A stretch of 64,000 nucleotides of DNA from assembly GCA_963663475.2 (NCBI GenBank), contig CAXXJV010000001.1, forward strand, positions 2,720,001 to 2,784,000, written 5' to 3'. Made by a program: the position numbers and the translations under genes. Source of the DNA: Candidatus Cloacimonadales bacterium. Its GTDB lineage: Bacteria > Cloacimonadota > Cloacimonadia > Cloacimonadales > JAFGVF01. The notes beneath the pieces are model-generated. The model did no database searches and had not been told where the DNA came from. It was given only the letters and a program-made list of their open reading frames with translations. Below, piece after piece: positions 1 to 9,617 of the stretch (positions within the stretch are counted from its first letter, which is position 1; each line of letters starts with the position of its first letter).

Positions 1-2
1 TT

Positions 3-212
3 AACGAAGTAAGTTTACCTGTAAAATCTAAGTTTGGTTACCACTTGATTCTAGTTACCGAAAGAAGTGAAAGTAATAAACTCAGTAACGATGAAAAGAA
101 AGATATGATGCTTAATTGTTTAATTGAAAATAAATCTGAGCTTTATCTACATTCCTATGTTGAAGAATTAAGAAAAGAAGCAGAAGAAAAGGGCAAGTTA
201 AACATTTTCTAA
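3..212 (+). CDS. 3' end of a parvulin/PpiC-type peptidyl-prolyl isomerase (partial, runs off the window start)
   Basis: Manual translation NEVSLPVKSKFGYHLILVTER...GKLNIF* contains the parvulin S.PVKS.FGYHLI motif; stop TAA at 210-212. Confidence 0.75.
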   Translation, partial: NEVSLPVKSKFGYHLILVTERSESNKLSNDEKKDMMLNCLIENKSELYLHSYVEELRKEAEEKGKLNIF

Positions 213-284
213 GTAGTTAACTAAAGATATTTAAATTGTATTGATAAATTTATAGACTCAACTTCAAGTCTGTGCTAAGTTATA

Positions 285-309
285 AAGTGGAAGCATATTG
301 CTTCCACTT
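285..309. terminator. Hairpin, likely terminator
   Basis: aagtggaagca-tat-tgcttccactt, 11-bp stem between convergent genes. Confidence 0.55.
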
Positions 310-494
310 AAAAGCAATATTACATCAGGACATATACAGTCTCCCTAATTTGAAACTAACCCATAATTAAACAACTTCTGATTCTCAAATTGTTTGGCAA
401 GAATCTAACAAGGGATTTACACATCTTGTTAATGTATATATCCAACTAAACTTTTGGCCAGATAAGTCTAAATTCTCAAATTAATATTTTTTAA

Positions 495-656
495 CCCGAA
501 TGGTGCAGTAGAACTTTGATGAAGAGTGCTAGATTCTTTTAGCAAAATAAGTTACAGAATTTGAAGGCATATAATATATATATTCCTGAAAATTATGTAG
601 CTTACTTTTGCAAAAGAAGATAGTGCTATTCGCAAAGGTCTACTGCATTATTTGGG
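495..656 (+). mobile_element. Foldback MITE copy 1 (162 bp)
   Basis: CCCGAATGGTGCAGTAG...CTACTGCATTATTTGGG, imperfect palindrome over its whole length; tttaa direct repeat at 490-494 and 657-661. Confidence 0.85.
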
Positions 657-657
657 T

Positions 658-1374
658 TTAACCTTTACTCATAAAATATTCAATTGTGTATTTAACATCA
701 GGATCTAAGTCAGTTAGCTTATTTAACATCCATTCTAAATAAGCTCTATCTGTCTTGATCACATCTGAAATCATTTGTCCCCTATACTTACCGAATCTGA
801 GTTTATTCATAAGATTAGGTTTTTGTGTCAGTTCCACAAGTTGTTGAGGACTTCTTCCATCAAGCAACCTCTTGAGTAGTAGAAACAATACAACAATATC
901 TCCCATAGCATCATGGGCTTTAATTTCAAGATTCAAGAGTTTTTCTATTTCCCCTTCCTCTTTATACAAGCCTCTATGATATCTTAAAAACTGCATAGCA
1001 TGTGACTCCAGATTAGGAGCTAAATGTTTTGTAACTTTTAGGGTATCAATTAATTTCATTTTATTAACGAATCCTTCCTTAGCTAACATAGCAAGGTCGA
1101 AAGGTGCATTGTGAATGACAAGATAATTATCTTCAGTATTCAGTTCTTCTAAGAATTTATATACTTCTGTATCAACTAACCTAGGTTTTCCTGCAATCAT
1201 TTCTGGTGTAATATGATGTACCGCCATAGCAGAAAAACTTATAGGCTGGTCACAAGAGCAAAATGTTTCAAATGGTTCTAGATTCATACCATCAAAAACA
1301 ATATAAGCTAATTGAATTATTCTATCTTGTTGTGCAAATCCAGTTGTTTCAGTATCTAGAATTATAAAACTCAT
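658..1374 (-). CDS. DEDDh 3'-5' exonuclease (DnaQ/ExoX-like) with C-terminal FGKY domain
   Basis: LDTETTG, HNAPFD and HDAMGD motifs; C-terminal LRFGKYRG...YLEWML. Confidence 0.85.
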   Translation of the reverse strand: MSFIILDTETTGFAQQDRIIQLAYIVFDGMNLEPFETFCSCDQPISFSAMAVHHITPEMIAGKPRLVDTEVYKFLEELNTEDNYLVIHNAPFDLAMLAKEGFVNKMKLIDTLKVTKHLAPNLESHAMQFLRYHRGLYKEEGEIEKLLNLEIKAHDAMGDIVVLFLLLKRLLDGRSPQQLVELTQKPNLMNKLRFGKYRGQMISDVIKTDRAYLEWMLNKLTDLDPDVKYTIEYFMSKG

Positions 1375-1411
1375 TTTTCCAACTCCATTTTTTCTTCTTT
1401 ACCCAAGATAA

Positions 1412-1438
1412 AAAGCTTGTCAAATTTTGACAAGCTTT
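1412..1438. promoter_or_regulatory. Perfect 13-bp-arm palindrome carrying TTGACA on both strands
   Basis: aaagcttgtcaaa-t-tttgacaagcttt, ~40 bp upstream of the exonuclease start. Confidence 0.55.
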
Positions 1439-1443
1439 ATTAT

Positions 1444-1604
1444 CCCAAATAATGAAGTAGACCTTTGTGATTAGCAGAATATTATTCTGCAAAAGTAAGA
1501 TCCATAATTTCTCAGTATATATATATTATATACGTTTAAATTCTGTAAGCTATTATGCTAGAATAATCTGCAATCTTAAATAAAGTTCTACTACACTATC
1601 TGGG
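1444..1604 (-). mobile_element. Foldback MITE copy 2 (opposite orientation)
   Basis: Reverse complement aligns to copy 1; CCC/GGG ends; attat duplication at 1439-1443 and 1605-1609. Confidence 0.85.
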
Positions 1605-1624
1605 ATTATTTATAAAAGTTTAAT

Positions 1625-2317
1625 CTAGTTTAGTTTTTGGTAATTATCTCTAGTCATGATTTGAGTAATATACATCTTCTTAAAGACTAAACTAATAATT
1701 ATATTTGTCTCTACTTTATCTGTTTGAAGAAAACCAGAAGGAGAGAGTGAGTAGTAAGTATCAATTTTGAGTTCTTTAACCACCATTTGGTCTGGATCAA
1801 CTTCTAAAGACATTTTTAAAGGTAAGCCTGTTTCTTTATCAAGCCAAACATAACCTTCACTCTCAATTGTTTTGTTGTCTTTCTGACTTGTCTCTCTTAC
1901 TTCATATTTAGCATAAGTCGTACCAGATATTGACTCATCAGCCAGTCTCTTTAGTTGAAATTCTTCTGAAGTCTCAGTCCTAAAGAAACCTAAATCATCG
2001 GAGATAACTTCCATACTTAGATATCTTTTTACAGAGTCATCATCCTCAGATAAGTCTCCCTCACTATTGAAAGCTTTAACAAGAGAGTTGATAATCTCTC
2101 CCTCTTTATTGCTATGAGATAGAATAATCGTTTCTTCCTGATCAATATTTCCTTTCTTATCTTTTGTCTGAGAAATATAAGTTGTCTGACTTGGGTATGT
2201 ATTAAGTGCAGCTCTTTTTAGTTCTACAGCTTTTAACCACAAGGGATCTTTTATTTCAGTTGACCAGATAAGCAGACCACTTACCAGTATTATTCCAATA
2301 AGTATTATTTTTTTCAT
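1625..2317 (-). CDS. Exported hypothetical protein, possibly LolA-like fold
   Basis: N-terminal hydrophobic signal; YVWLDKETGLPLKM segment; overlaps upstream gene by 4 bp. Confidence 0.55.
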   Translation of the reverse strand: MKKIILIGIILVSGLLIWSTEIKDPLWLKAVELKRAALNTYPSQTTYISQTKDKKGNIDQEETIILSHSNKEGEIINSLVKAFNSEGDLSEDDDSVKRYLSMEVISDDLGFFRTETSEEFQLKRLADESISGTTYAKYEVRETSQKDNKTIESEGYVWLDKETGLPLKMSLEVDPDQMVVKELKIDTYYSLSPSGFLQTDKVETNIIISLVFKKMYITQIMTRDNYQKLN

Positions 2318-5300
2318 ATATTTTCCTTTATACTTTTAACTGCTTTTACATTATCAAAGACATTTTTATCTAGTAATTTATAGAGAGGGTCAACACCTGC
2401 TTCCACTGGTTCTGTCTCTGTATAGAATGTTATATTATTCTTACCACTTTTGAGTTTGAACCATCTGTTATCAGGATTAGCAACTAGCTTTGTAGCTTTT
2501 CCATCCACATATTCTCTACTAAAAGCTAAGACTTCTATCCAATCATCAAGTGGAATCTCTTCTTCATTTCCTATTGAATCTGCCTTAATCTTATAACACT
2601 CTAACTCCATATCAACCCTATAAAGATCATTTTCTTTGGTAACTTCAACAGAATTTACATTATTACTATACAATATAATATCTTCAAACATCTCTTTTGC
2701 AAGATATTTTAATGAATCAGGCACTACTTGATAAATCTCAGTTAAAAATTCCTCAGAATTAATATAGGGAGGATTTTGGTAGCCATACTTATCAACAACA
2801 GACTTTAGAGCGGTATTAACAGCCTCTTCTCCGATATATTTCTTAAGCCCATACATTACTACTGAACCTTTATTATAGTGAATATATTGCTGATTTTCAA
2901 CTTGTGATAAAGGCATTTCTTTGGAGCTCTCAGAAGATCTTCCAGTTACATAAGAATGTAGTTCATGCTTTAAGAATTCTCCCATCTTAACTTCCCCATA
3001 TTCTTCTTCCATAACAGAAAGAGCTGAGTATTGAGCAAGAGCTTCACTCATCAGAACTGCTCCTTTAACATCAGCTCCAATTACTACATGAGCCCACCAT
3101 TGATGAGCTAATTCATGGGCAGTAACAAAGAAAGGATAATCTTGATTTTCTTTGCCATCTAATCTAGCAATAAAACCTATCCCTTCAGAATAAGGTACAG
3201 TATTAGGGAAAGATTGAGCAAAAGTAGCATAGCGAGGAAACTCCAAGATTCTCATTTGCTTATGAGGATATTCCATGAAGTTATCTGAATAATAAGTTAA
3301 TCCCATTTTAAGAGCTTTCATCATTGACTTGAGATTATAATCATGTCCTGGATGATAATATATTTCTAAGTTTACCTCTTTTCCTGAATTAGATACCCAC
3401 TTATCTTTGGCTATTTCATAGCGAGCAGAAGAAAACGAGAAGAACTTCAATATTGGATGATCCATTTCATAGCGATAGTTTTTTCTACCATTCTCTTCCC
3501 ATGAATCAACTAAATAACCAGGTGCAACAGCTATTTGGTCTGCTGAAGTACCGATAGTAGCTGAGAAATTTACCCAATCTGAATCTTTAGAAATATAGGT
3601 ATTGCCTCTGGCCTCTAAATCATTACTTTCTGCCATTCTTTCTTTAGGGGGAAGTTGGTATTTTTTCCTTATCTCATTTGAACTAAGTTCATAATAATCA
3701 GCATAAGCAAAGACAGGCATAAAGATAGAGCTATTGAAGAAACTACCATTCTCACAAATATTAGTATCAACTTCATAGCCTTTATGTTCATAATAATCTT
3801 GGAAGCTAAACTTAAAAGTCTCTTGAGGCTTTAAGGGATCTTTCAATCTCAGCAAGTATAGATTATAGTCTTCATCATATTTAAGTAGGTCAAATTCTCT
3901 ATCTAGCTGATAAGAGAAGTTATCTTCACTTTGATTAGTAAAAAAGAGAATAGAGTCAATTGGTGAATCACTTTTATTCATCAAGATTAAGTCTCCCCCA
4001 ACTTTTAAGTCTAGCAGATCAGGATAGATTTGCACATCCAAATCAACATCAGTAACTCTTGCTCCTGGTAATTTTTCTAAATATTTATATTCTCTTTCGA
4101 ATTTTACACTTGCTTGTCTTCTTTCTTCTTGGCTATAGTAGCTGTTTAGAATATTTGTATTATGGAAAATATAAGAACCTGCTCCAATAAAGATAAAGGC
4201 TAGTATTACTAAGGAAATTACTTGGCTAAGAGTCCATGCTTGATAGATTTTTTTCCACCTATGTTTAAGTCCTAAATCATTTCCTCTTCTGTAAAGTCTA
4301 ATTCCTAAGATTAATAGAATCAAGGAGAAACTAAGCCAATAAGTAACATGTGTGAAATATTTAGCTAGGAAAGAACCAAAGCCATTCATATCAGAGTAGG
4401 TTACACTTGGTATATTAAACATCTGCCAGAGAGGATGTTCTAAGCCAAGATAAGGCAGATATTCAATAAGGGTAAAGAAACCAAAGAAGAAGAAAATACC
4501 AGCCATTCTATTAGGCATAAGGTTTTGAATTAAGACAGCAACTGCTGAGTACATAATAACAGGCAATAAGAGAAGTCCACCATAGATTAGATAGAGAGAG
4601 AAATCTATCTGATAAAAGTGGAAAAATAGCTGATAACCAATACCAATAAGTGAGCCTATTCCCCACATTATAGCAATTGATAAGGTTAATGTTGTTACAT
4701 GTGATATTGCTTTTATGTTATCTGACATAGGAGCACAATCTTCAAAGTAATAGGAGTTTGAGCTTCGTGATTTCCAGACTAATTCACTTGAAAATATGGC
4801 AATATAAAGTACTGCAAAAGCTAAAACTATGCCTTTTAAGTTCTCGGTAATTATATAAGTTACAGGATGGACTGCTGTGTCGTAAATTACACTATAATTT
4901 GATAAAGAACTAAATACAAATAAGATAAATACTACTGAAAAAACTCTGAATATTATTGAGCGAGTAAGTATCTTAAACTCAATTTTAAAGTAATGATGGA
5001 ATTGTTTAAGATAGGTTAAGAAATTCCAATTCTGAGAAATTAAACCATAGTGAATATACTTAGGACTATCCACCTCAGCCTTACTAGTATTATCTTTGCT
5101 TTTCTTCCTATTCAAAGGATAATTAAACTTGTATAGCTTAAAAGAGATTAAGTAGATAAAGAGTCCTACTCCTAACCATAATAAACGGTTATACAGGAAG
5201 TATGAAGAGAAGGATAGAAGTTCTGTATTTCTTTGAGCAATAGTCCAGTTCTCTGTCATTATTCCTAATGTAGATAAGCCAAACATATCAAATAATGCTG

Positions 5301-5937
5301 AAATTTCCTTTAGCTCTAATTTACTATTAAAGGCCATAATCCCAGTATAGACTAGATACATAAGAACAGCAGACATATTAACATAAAGTTTCTTTTTACT
5401 AAGCACTGCTACCAGAGTATAGAAAGATGAAGCAATAATAACGTTTGTTATAGATACTTTTAAGAAAGGATTCAAATATAATAAAATATTAAAGGGTTGA
5501 AACTGCTTTGCATTTAACCAAGGTGAGAACTGAGCTAGCATAAGCCCCAACTGTAAAAAGAAGAAGATTCCTATTACTGTAGTGATTCCCACAAAGAGTC
5601 TAGCTAAAAGCAACTTAACCTTGGAAATTTGCTTGGTATAAACTAGTTGAAAAGAGTTATGACTAAAATCTTTTAGCAATATATCACTCAGATAACCACC
5701 AATAAAGAGGATTAGAAGGAGATTTAGACCTGAGGATATCATCATGATATTGATTGAACTATTAGTAAAACTTTGTTCTGCTCCAGAGTTCATTGTCTGA
5801 ACTCTTATCCCAGTAAATGCCCCTGCAAAAGCATTCATGAGCAAGAATCCTAAGCTAAAAAATACCAAGGCATAAATATAAGTAGAAAGTCTTTTTAGAA
5901 GATATTTATATTCATATGAGAGGAGACTAAGAAACAT
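2314..5937 (-). CDS. ABC-2-type permease fused to an M1-family aminopeptidase
   Basis: Multiple TM segments in the N-terminal half; C-terminal HELAHQWW (HExxH), downstream E in SEALAQY, and YNKG motif. Confidence 0.88.
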   Translation of the reverse strand: MFLSLLSYEYKYLLKRLSTYIYALVFFSLGFLLMNAFAGAFTGIRVQTMNSGAEQSFTNSSINIMMISSGLNLLLILFIGGYLSDILLKDFSHNSFQLVYTKQISKVKLLLARLFVGITTVIGIFFFLQLGLMLAQFSPWLNAKQFQPFNILLYLNPFLKVSITNVIIASSFYTLVAVLSKKKLYVNMSAVLMYLVYTGIMAFNSKLELKEISALFDMFGLSTLGIMTENWTIAQRNTELLSFSSYFLYNRLLWLGVGLFIYLISFKLYKFNYPLNRKKSKDNTSKAEVDSPKYIHYGLISQNWNFLTYLKQFHHYFKIEFKILTRSIIFRVFSVVFILFVFSSLSNYSVIYDTAVHPVTYIITENLKGIVLAFAVLYIAIFSSELVWKSRSSNSYYFEDCAPMSDNIKAISHVTTLTLSIAIMWGIGSLIGIGYQLFFHFYQIDFSLYLIYGGLLLLPVIMYSAVAVLIQNLMPNRMAGIFFFFGFFTLIEYLPYLGLEHPLWQMFNIPSVTYSDMNGFGSFLAKYFTHVTYWLSFSLILLILGIRLYRRGNDLGLKHRWKKIYQAWTLSQVISLVILAFIFIGAGSYIFHNTNILNSYYSQEERRQASVKFEREYKYLEKLPGARVTDVDLDVQIYPDLLDLKVGGDLILMNKSDSPIDSILFFTNQSEDNFSYQLDREFDLLKYDEDYNLYLLRLKDPLKPQETFKFSFQDYYEHKGYEVDTNICENGSFFNSSIFMPVFAYADYYELSSNEIRKKYQLPPKERMAESNDLEARGNTYISKDSDWVNFSATIGTSADQIAVAPGYLVDSWEENGRKNYRYEMDHPILKFFSFSSARYEIAKDKWVSNSGKEVNLEIYYHPGHDYNLKSMMKALKMGLTYYSDNFMEYPHKQMRILEFPRYATFAQSFPNTVPYSEGIGFIARLDGKENQDYPFFVTAHELAHQWWAHVVIGADVKGAVLMSEALAQYSALSVMEEEYGEVKMGEFLKHELHSYVTGRSSESSKEMPLSQVENQQYIHYNKGSVVMYGLKKYIGEEAVNTALKSVVDKYGYQNPPYINSEEFLTEIYQVVPDSLKYLAKEMFEDIILYSNNVNSVEVTKENDLYRVDMELECYKIKADSIGNEEEIPLDDWIEVLAFSREYVDGKATKLVANPDNRWFKLKSGKNNITFYTETEPVEAGVDPLYKLLDKNVFDNVKAVKSIKENI

Positions 5938-6827
5938 TATTCACCTCCGTGATTTTCACCTTGGTGAGGAATAGTTTTAAAATATACATCTTCTAAGTCA
6001 GGTTCTTTTAATTCAAAACCTGAGAGAGGAGAATCAGAGTAAACAATAATCCTAATATCACCCATGTAAAGATGGGAAGATATTACTTCAAACTCACTAG
6101 AATACCAATCTAATTCATCCTTTTTAATTAATTTTCTCCAAATTTTACCTTTCAGTTTTTCAGTTTCTTCTAGAGGTGAGCCTTTTAAGATTACTTGTCC
6201 GAAATTAATGATAGCCATATCAGTACATAGGTCACTAACATCATCAACAATATGGGTAGAGAGAATAACTATTTTATCTTCGCCAATTTCTGACAAAATA
6301 TTATGAAAATGGTTTCTTTCTTTAGGGTCAAGACCAGCAGTAGGCTCATCTACTATTACCAGTTCGGGGTTGGCTATTAGAGCTTGGGCAATTCCTAACC
6401 TTTGTTTCATACCACCAGAAAAGCCACCAACTCTCTTTTTTCTTTGATCGTAAAGATTAACTTTAGTTAGCCATTCAGTAACTAAATTTTTTCTTTCTTT
6501 ATTATTAGTGATACCTTTAAGGACTGCATAATAATTGAGTGTATCCCAAGCAGAAAGATTAGGATAAAAGTCAAAGTTTTGAGGTAAGAAACCTAGTTTC
6601 TTTTTCAGTTCGCTCTGCTTTTTACTTATATCAATTGTATCAAAAGTAATTAATCCAGTATCACTTGTTTGTAGAGTAGCAATTGTCCGCATTAATGTAG
6701 ATTTTCCTGCTCCATTAGGACCTAAAAGACCGAACATACCTTGATTGATTTCTAGGTTAACTCCTTTTAGAGCATGAGTCCCATTTGAGTAGGTTTTACT
6801 CAAGTCAGTAATTGTTAGTTTCTTCAT
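5937..6827 (-). CDS. ABC transporter ATP-binding protein
   Basis: Walker A GPNGAGKST, signature FSGGMKQR, Walker B VIVDEP, H-loop STH. Confidence 0.95.
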   Translation of the reverse strand: MKKLTITDLSKTYSNGTHALKGVNLEINQGMFGLLGPNGAGKSTLMRTIATLQTSDTGLITFDTIDISKKQSELKKKLGFLPQNFDFYPNLSAWDTLNYYAVLKGITNNKERKNLVTEWLTKVNLYDQRKKRVGGFSGGMKQRLGIAQALIANPELVIVDEPTAGLDPKERNHFHNILSEIGEDKIVILSTHIVDDVSDLCTDMAIINFGQVILKGSPLEETEKLKGKIWRKLIKKDELDWYSSEFEVISSHLYMGDIRIIVYSDSPLSGFELKEPDLEDVYFKTIPHQGENHGGE

Positions 6828-6948
6828 TTGAACTCCTATTTATAATTATTTTTTATTATTAAAATAGAAGTCGTATTAGTATTGTATATATCTTCCCTTT
6901 ATAAAATTACATTATTAAAATATAGAAATTTAGTCAAGCAATTTTTTA

Positions 6949-7110
6949 CCCGAATAGTGCATTTGAACTTTGATGAAGAGTGCTAGATTCTTTTAGCAAA
7001 ATAGCTTACAGAATTTAGACGCATATATTTTATATATTCGGAGAAATTATGGAAGTGACTTTTGCAAAAGAATATTCTGCTATTCACAGAGGTCTAATGC
7101 ATTATTTGGG
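6949..7110 (+). mobile_element. Foldback MITE copy 3
   Basis: Aligns to copy 1; tttta duplication at 6944-6948 and 7111-7115. Confidence 0.85.
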
Positions 7111-7124
7111 TTTTACTAAACAAA

Positions 7125-7202
7125 TGGTCGGGATGACTGGATTTGAACCAGCGACCACCTGAACCCCATTCAGGTACGCTATCCTGACTGCGCTACATCC
7201 CG
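7125..7202 (-). tRNA. tRNA-Pro (anticodon GGG), CCA encoded
   Basis: Reverse complement CGGGATGTAGCGCAG...CCTGA-ATGGGGT-TCAGG...GGTTCAAATCC...CATCCCGACCA folds as a cloverleaf. Confidence 0.95.
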
Positions 7203-7247
7203 ACTGAATCCTAAATAATTTCCTCTATTTTTCTGACAAGTTTTTTT

Positions 7248-9590
7248 TTACGATACTTTATTGGGCAGAGTGATAGTTATAATAGTACCTATATTTAGCT
7301 CACTATTAACTTCAATATCTCCCTTATGATAATCAACCAGTTCTTTACAGAGTATTAAACCAAGGCCTGTTCCTTTTTCCTTATCTGTTCCTAGCTGACT
7401 GCTAATTAAATCAAAATTGAATAGATTAGTAATTTGTTCTTGATCCATTCCAATTCCATCATCATCAATACTAATAATTGTATTTGAGGCATTTTGTTTT
7501 ACTTTAAAGGAAATTTCTCCATTTCTATTAGTATATTTTATAGCATTAGATAAAAGATTTCTTAGGATTGTAGAGAACATTCTAGAATCGGCAAAGACAA
7601 AATAATCATCAGAGCAATCAACAAAGATGCTAATATTTTTTAGTTTAATTTGTGCGCTAAGCAGAGAAATTGCCTCACTTATGGCATCATAAACTTTTAC
7701 CTTTACTGGCTCAAAAGAGAGGTTTTCAGTCTGTATTCTAGCCCAATCAAGCAGGTTTTCTAAGAGTGTATGAGCTGAGATTGAAGATTCATTAATCATC
7801 GCAATCATTTCGTCCACTTCATTTGCATCAATTTCTCTCCAAGAATCTTTCATCAGATTGGTAAAACCAATGATAGCATTGAAAGGATTTTTTAAATCAT
7901 GAGCAATGATAGAGAATAACCTATCTTTAGTTGAATTAAGAACTCTAAGTTTTTCTTTAGCTTGATTGATAGATTTAACGATATCATTAAACTGGGTTGT
8001 ATCTTGAATAACAGCTACTCTGACTTCTTTACTCCTATAGATATAAGGACGAGAGCTTATTTTAACATCAATAACATCTTTCTTTGAGTTAATTAAATGA
8101 GTTTCTAGAATAGATTTTTCGTTAGCTAAGAGTAAAACTTGAACCTTTTCTCTTTCTTCTTGTGGGGCTAAGTCCATGATATTAGTTGGTCTGTTTTTTG
8201 AATCTGCATTAAAGAACATTCTTTTAAACTGATTATTAGAATCAATTATACTTCCTCTATCATGAACTACAATACCTTCAGAAGAGGCATTAGCAAGCTT
8301 TCTGATTTTATCTAAGTTCTTTTTATCTTTAATATAAATTAAGGCAATAAGAATAATAATAACTAACAAAGAGATTGTACTAATAATAAGTAATCTACTA
8401 GTATATAAATCCTTTTCTTTTAATTGAATATTTTCTACTTCTTTAAGATGATTTTGAACAACAGAGTGGAGTTTTACAAGATTTTCTGAAGACCTATTAG
8501 TTAATATAGAATCCGTAAGAGCAGTATAAATATTAAAATACTTTTGAGCTTCTTCCAAGTTATTTTGTCTATAATTAAGCCTTACTAGCCAGTTAGAATA
8601 AAAATGAGCATTATCGATAAAGCCATGTTCTAGAGCATAGTTAAAGATCTCTTCAAATATCTCTAAGGCTTCAGCTTCTTTGTTATTAAAGACATAGTAC
8701 TGGGCTTTTTGAGCCAGAGCTGATCCTAAAGAAAAGTAATCACCAACTTCTTCAATAAGCTTAATACTTTCATCAAGATAATTTTCAGCAGCTACTTTAT
8801 CACCTTTAGCATTTTTCACCCCAAAAAGTCCTAAGCCAGCCGAAGACCTTAATATTTTAGCTTCATCAGGATATAGGTCATCTGATTTGTAATTATCCCA
8901 GATATCCTTAAGGTAACTTTCAGCTTTCTCATAGTCTTGAAAAAGAAAGTAATTTTTACCAATTAAAAACTTAGAATGATAAATAGCATAGATATTAGCA
9001 ACATCTTGCCTAAGTTTAAGTCCTATTTCCAAATGTTTAAAGGAATCTTCAATATCTCCATTAGATGCTTTGCACAAAGCTATATTATTATGCATAACTG
9101 ATTGCCCATATTTATCATCCAGCTTTATCATAAGTTTAAGTCCAGATTCATAATATGGTTTAGCAATATCATATTGAGCTAGAGCATAGTAGGCATTACC
9201 AATATCAGAATAAAGCCAAGCTAATGGACCCTCTTCATCAATCTTGAGAAAATAACCTGAAGCCTCAAATAGGTATTCTAAGGCAAAGTTATACATACCT
9301 AGTTGTTGATATAGCTGGCCAATACGTACATATCTATGGTATTTTTTATTTAGTTCCCCTTCTTTATCTCTTATTGAGGCTATATTCTTTAAGTACATTA
9401 TTGCCTTAACTGGATCACTTACTTTATAATTATTATAACCTTCTTCATAAAGATTAATAAGAGTTGAATCTATTTTTCCTTCCAACAAATATTCAGCAAT
9501 TCTATCTTCTAAATTGTTGTTAATCTTTTGACCAAACAAATTAAAGACTGAGAACACTATAAATAAAGCAAATAAGAGAGTTTTATTCAT
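7248..9590 (-). CDS. Sensor histidine kinase with periplasmic TPR region, TM, PAS-like, HisKA and HATPase domains
   Basis: TPR-like repeats, TM near aa 400-420, IAHDLKNP H-box, NLLSNAIKYT, DDGIG, GTGLGL. Confidence 0.9.
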   Translation of the reverse strand: MNKTLLFALFIVFSVFNLFGQKINNNLEDRIAEYLLEGKIDSTLINLYEEGYNNYKVSDPVKAIMYLKNIASIRDKEGELNKKYHRYVRIGQLYQQLGMYNFALEYLFEASGYFLKIDEEGPLAWLYSDIGNAYYALAQYDIAKPYYESGLKLMIKLDDKYGQSVMHNNIALCKASNGDIEDSFKHLEIGLKLRQDVANIYAIYHSKFLIGKNYFLFQDYEKAESYLKDIWDNYKSDDLYPDEAKILRSSAGLGLFGVKNAKGDKVAAENYLDESIKLIEEVGDYFSLGSALAQKAQYYVFNNKEAEALEIFEEIFNYALEHGFIDNAHFYSNWLVRLNYRQNNLEEAQKYFNIYTALTDSILTNRSSENLVKLHSVVQNHLKEVENIQLKEKDLYTSRLLIISTISLLVIIILIALIYIKDKKNLDKIRKLANASSEGIVVHDRGSIIDSNNQFKRMFFNADSKNRPTNIMDLAPQEEREKVQVLLLANEKSILETHLINSKKDVIDVKISSRPYIYRSKEVRVAVIQDTTQFNDIVKSINQAKEKLRVLNSTKDRLFSIIAHDLKNPFNAIIGFTNLMKDSWREIDANEVDEMIAMINESSISAHTLLENLLDWARIQTENLSFEPVKVKVYDAISEAISLLSAQIKLKNISIFVDCSDDYFVFADSRMFSTILRNLLSNAIKYTNRNGEISFKVKQNASNTIISIDDDGIGMDQEQITNLFNFDLISSQLGTDKEKGTGLGLILCKELVDYHKGDIEVNSELNIGTIITITLPNKVS

Positions 9591-9617
9591 TTTTCACCTA
9601 TTATCAATATACAAGAT

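Noticed and set aside
357-490. Possible additional palindromic element (tggca...tgcca, taacaag...cttgtta)
   Set aside because: Matches are short, no second copy was found in the window and no target duplication is evident.
495-656. Foldback element as an integron attC site
   Set aside because: The AAC...GTT flanks are not conserved (copies 2 and 5 have ATCCC...GGGAT), each copy has its own 5-bp duplication, the flanking genes are not cassettes, and there is no integrase.
7125-7202. tRNA-Pro as an integration site for a genomic island
   Set aside because: No duplicated tRNA 3' end and no integrase were seen in the window.
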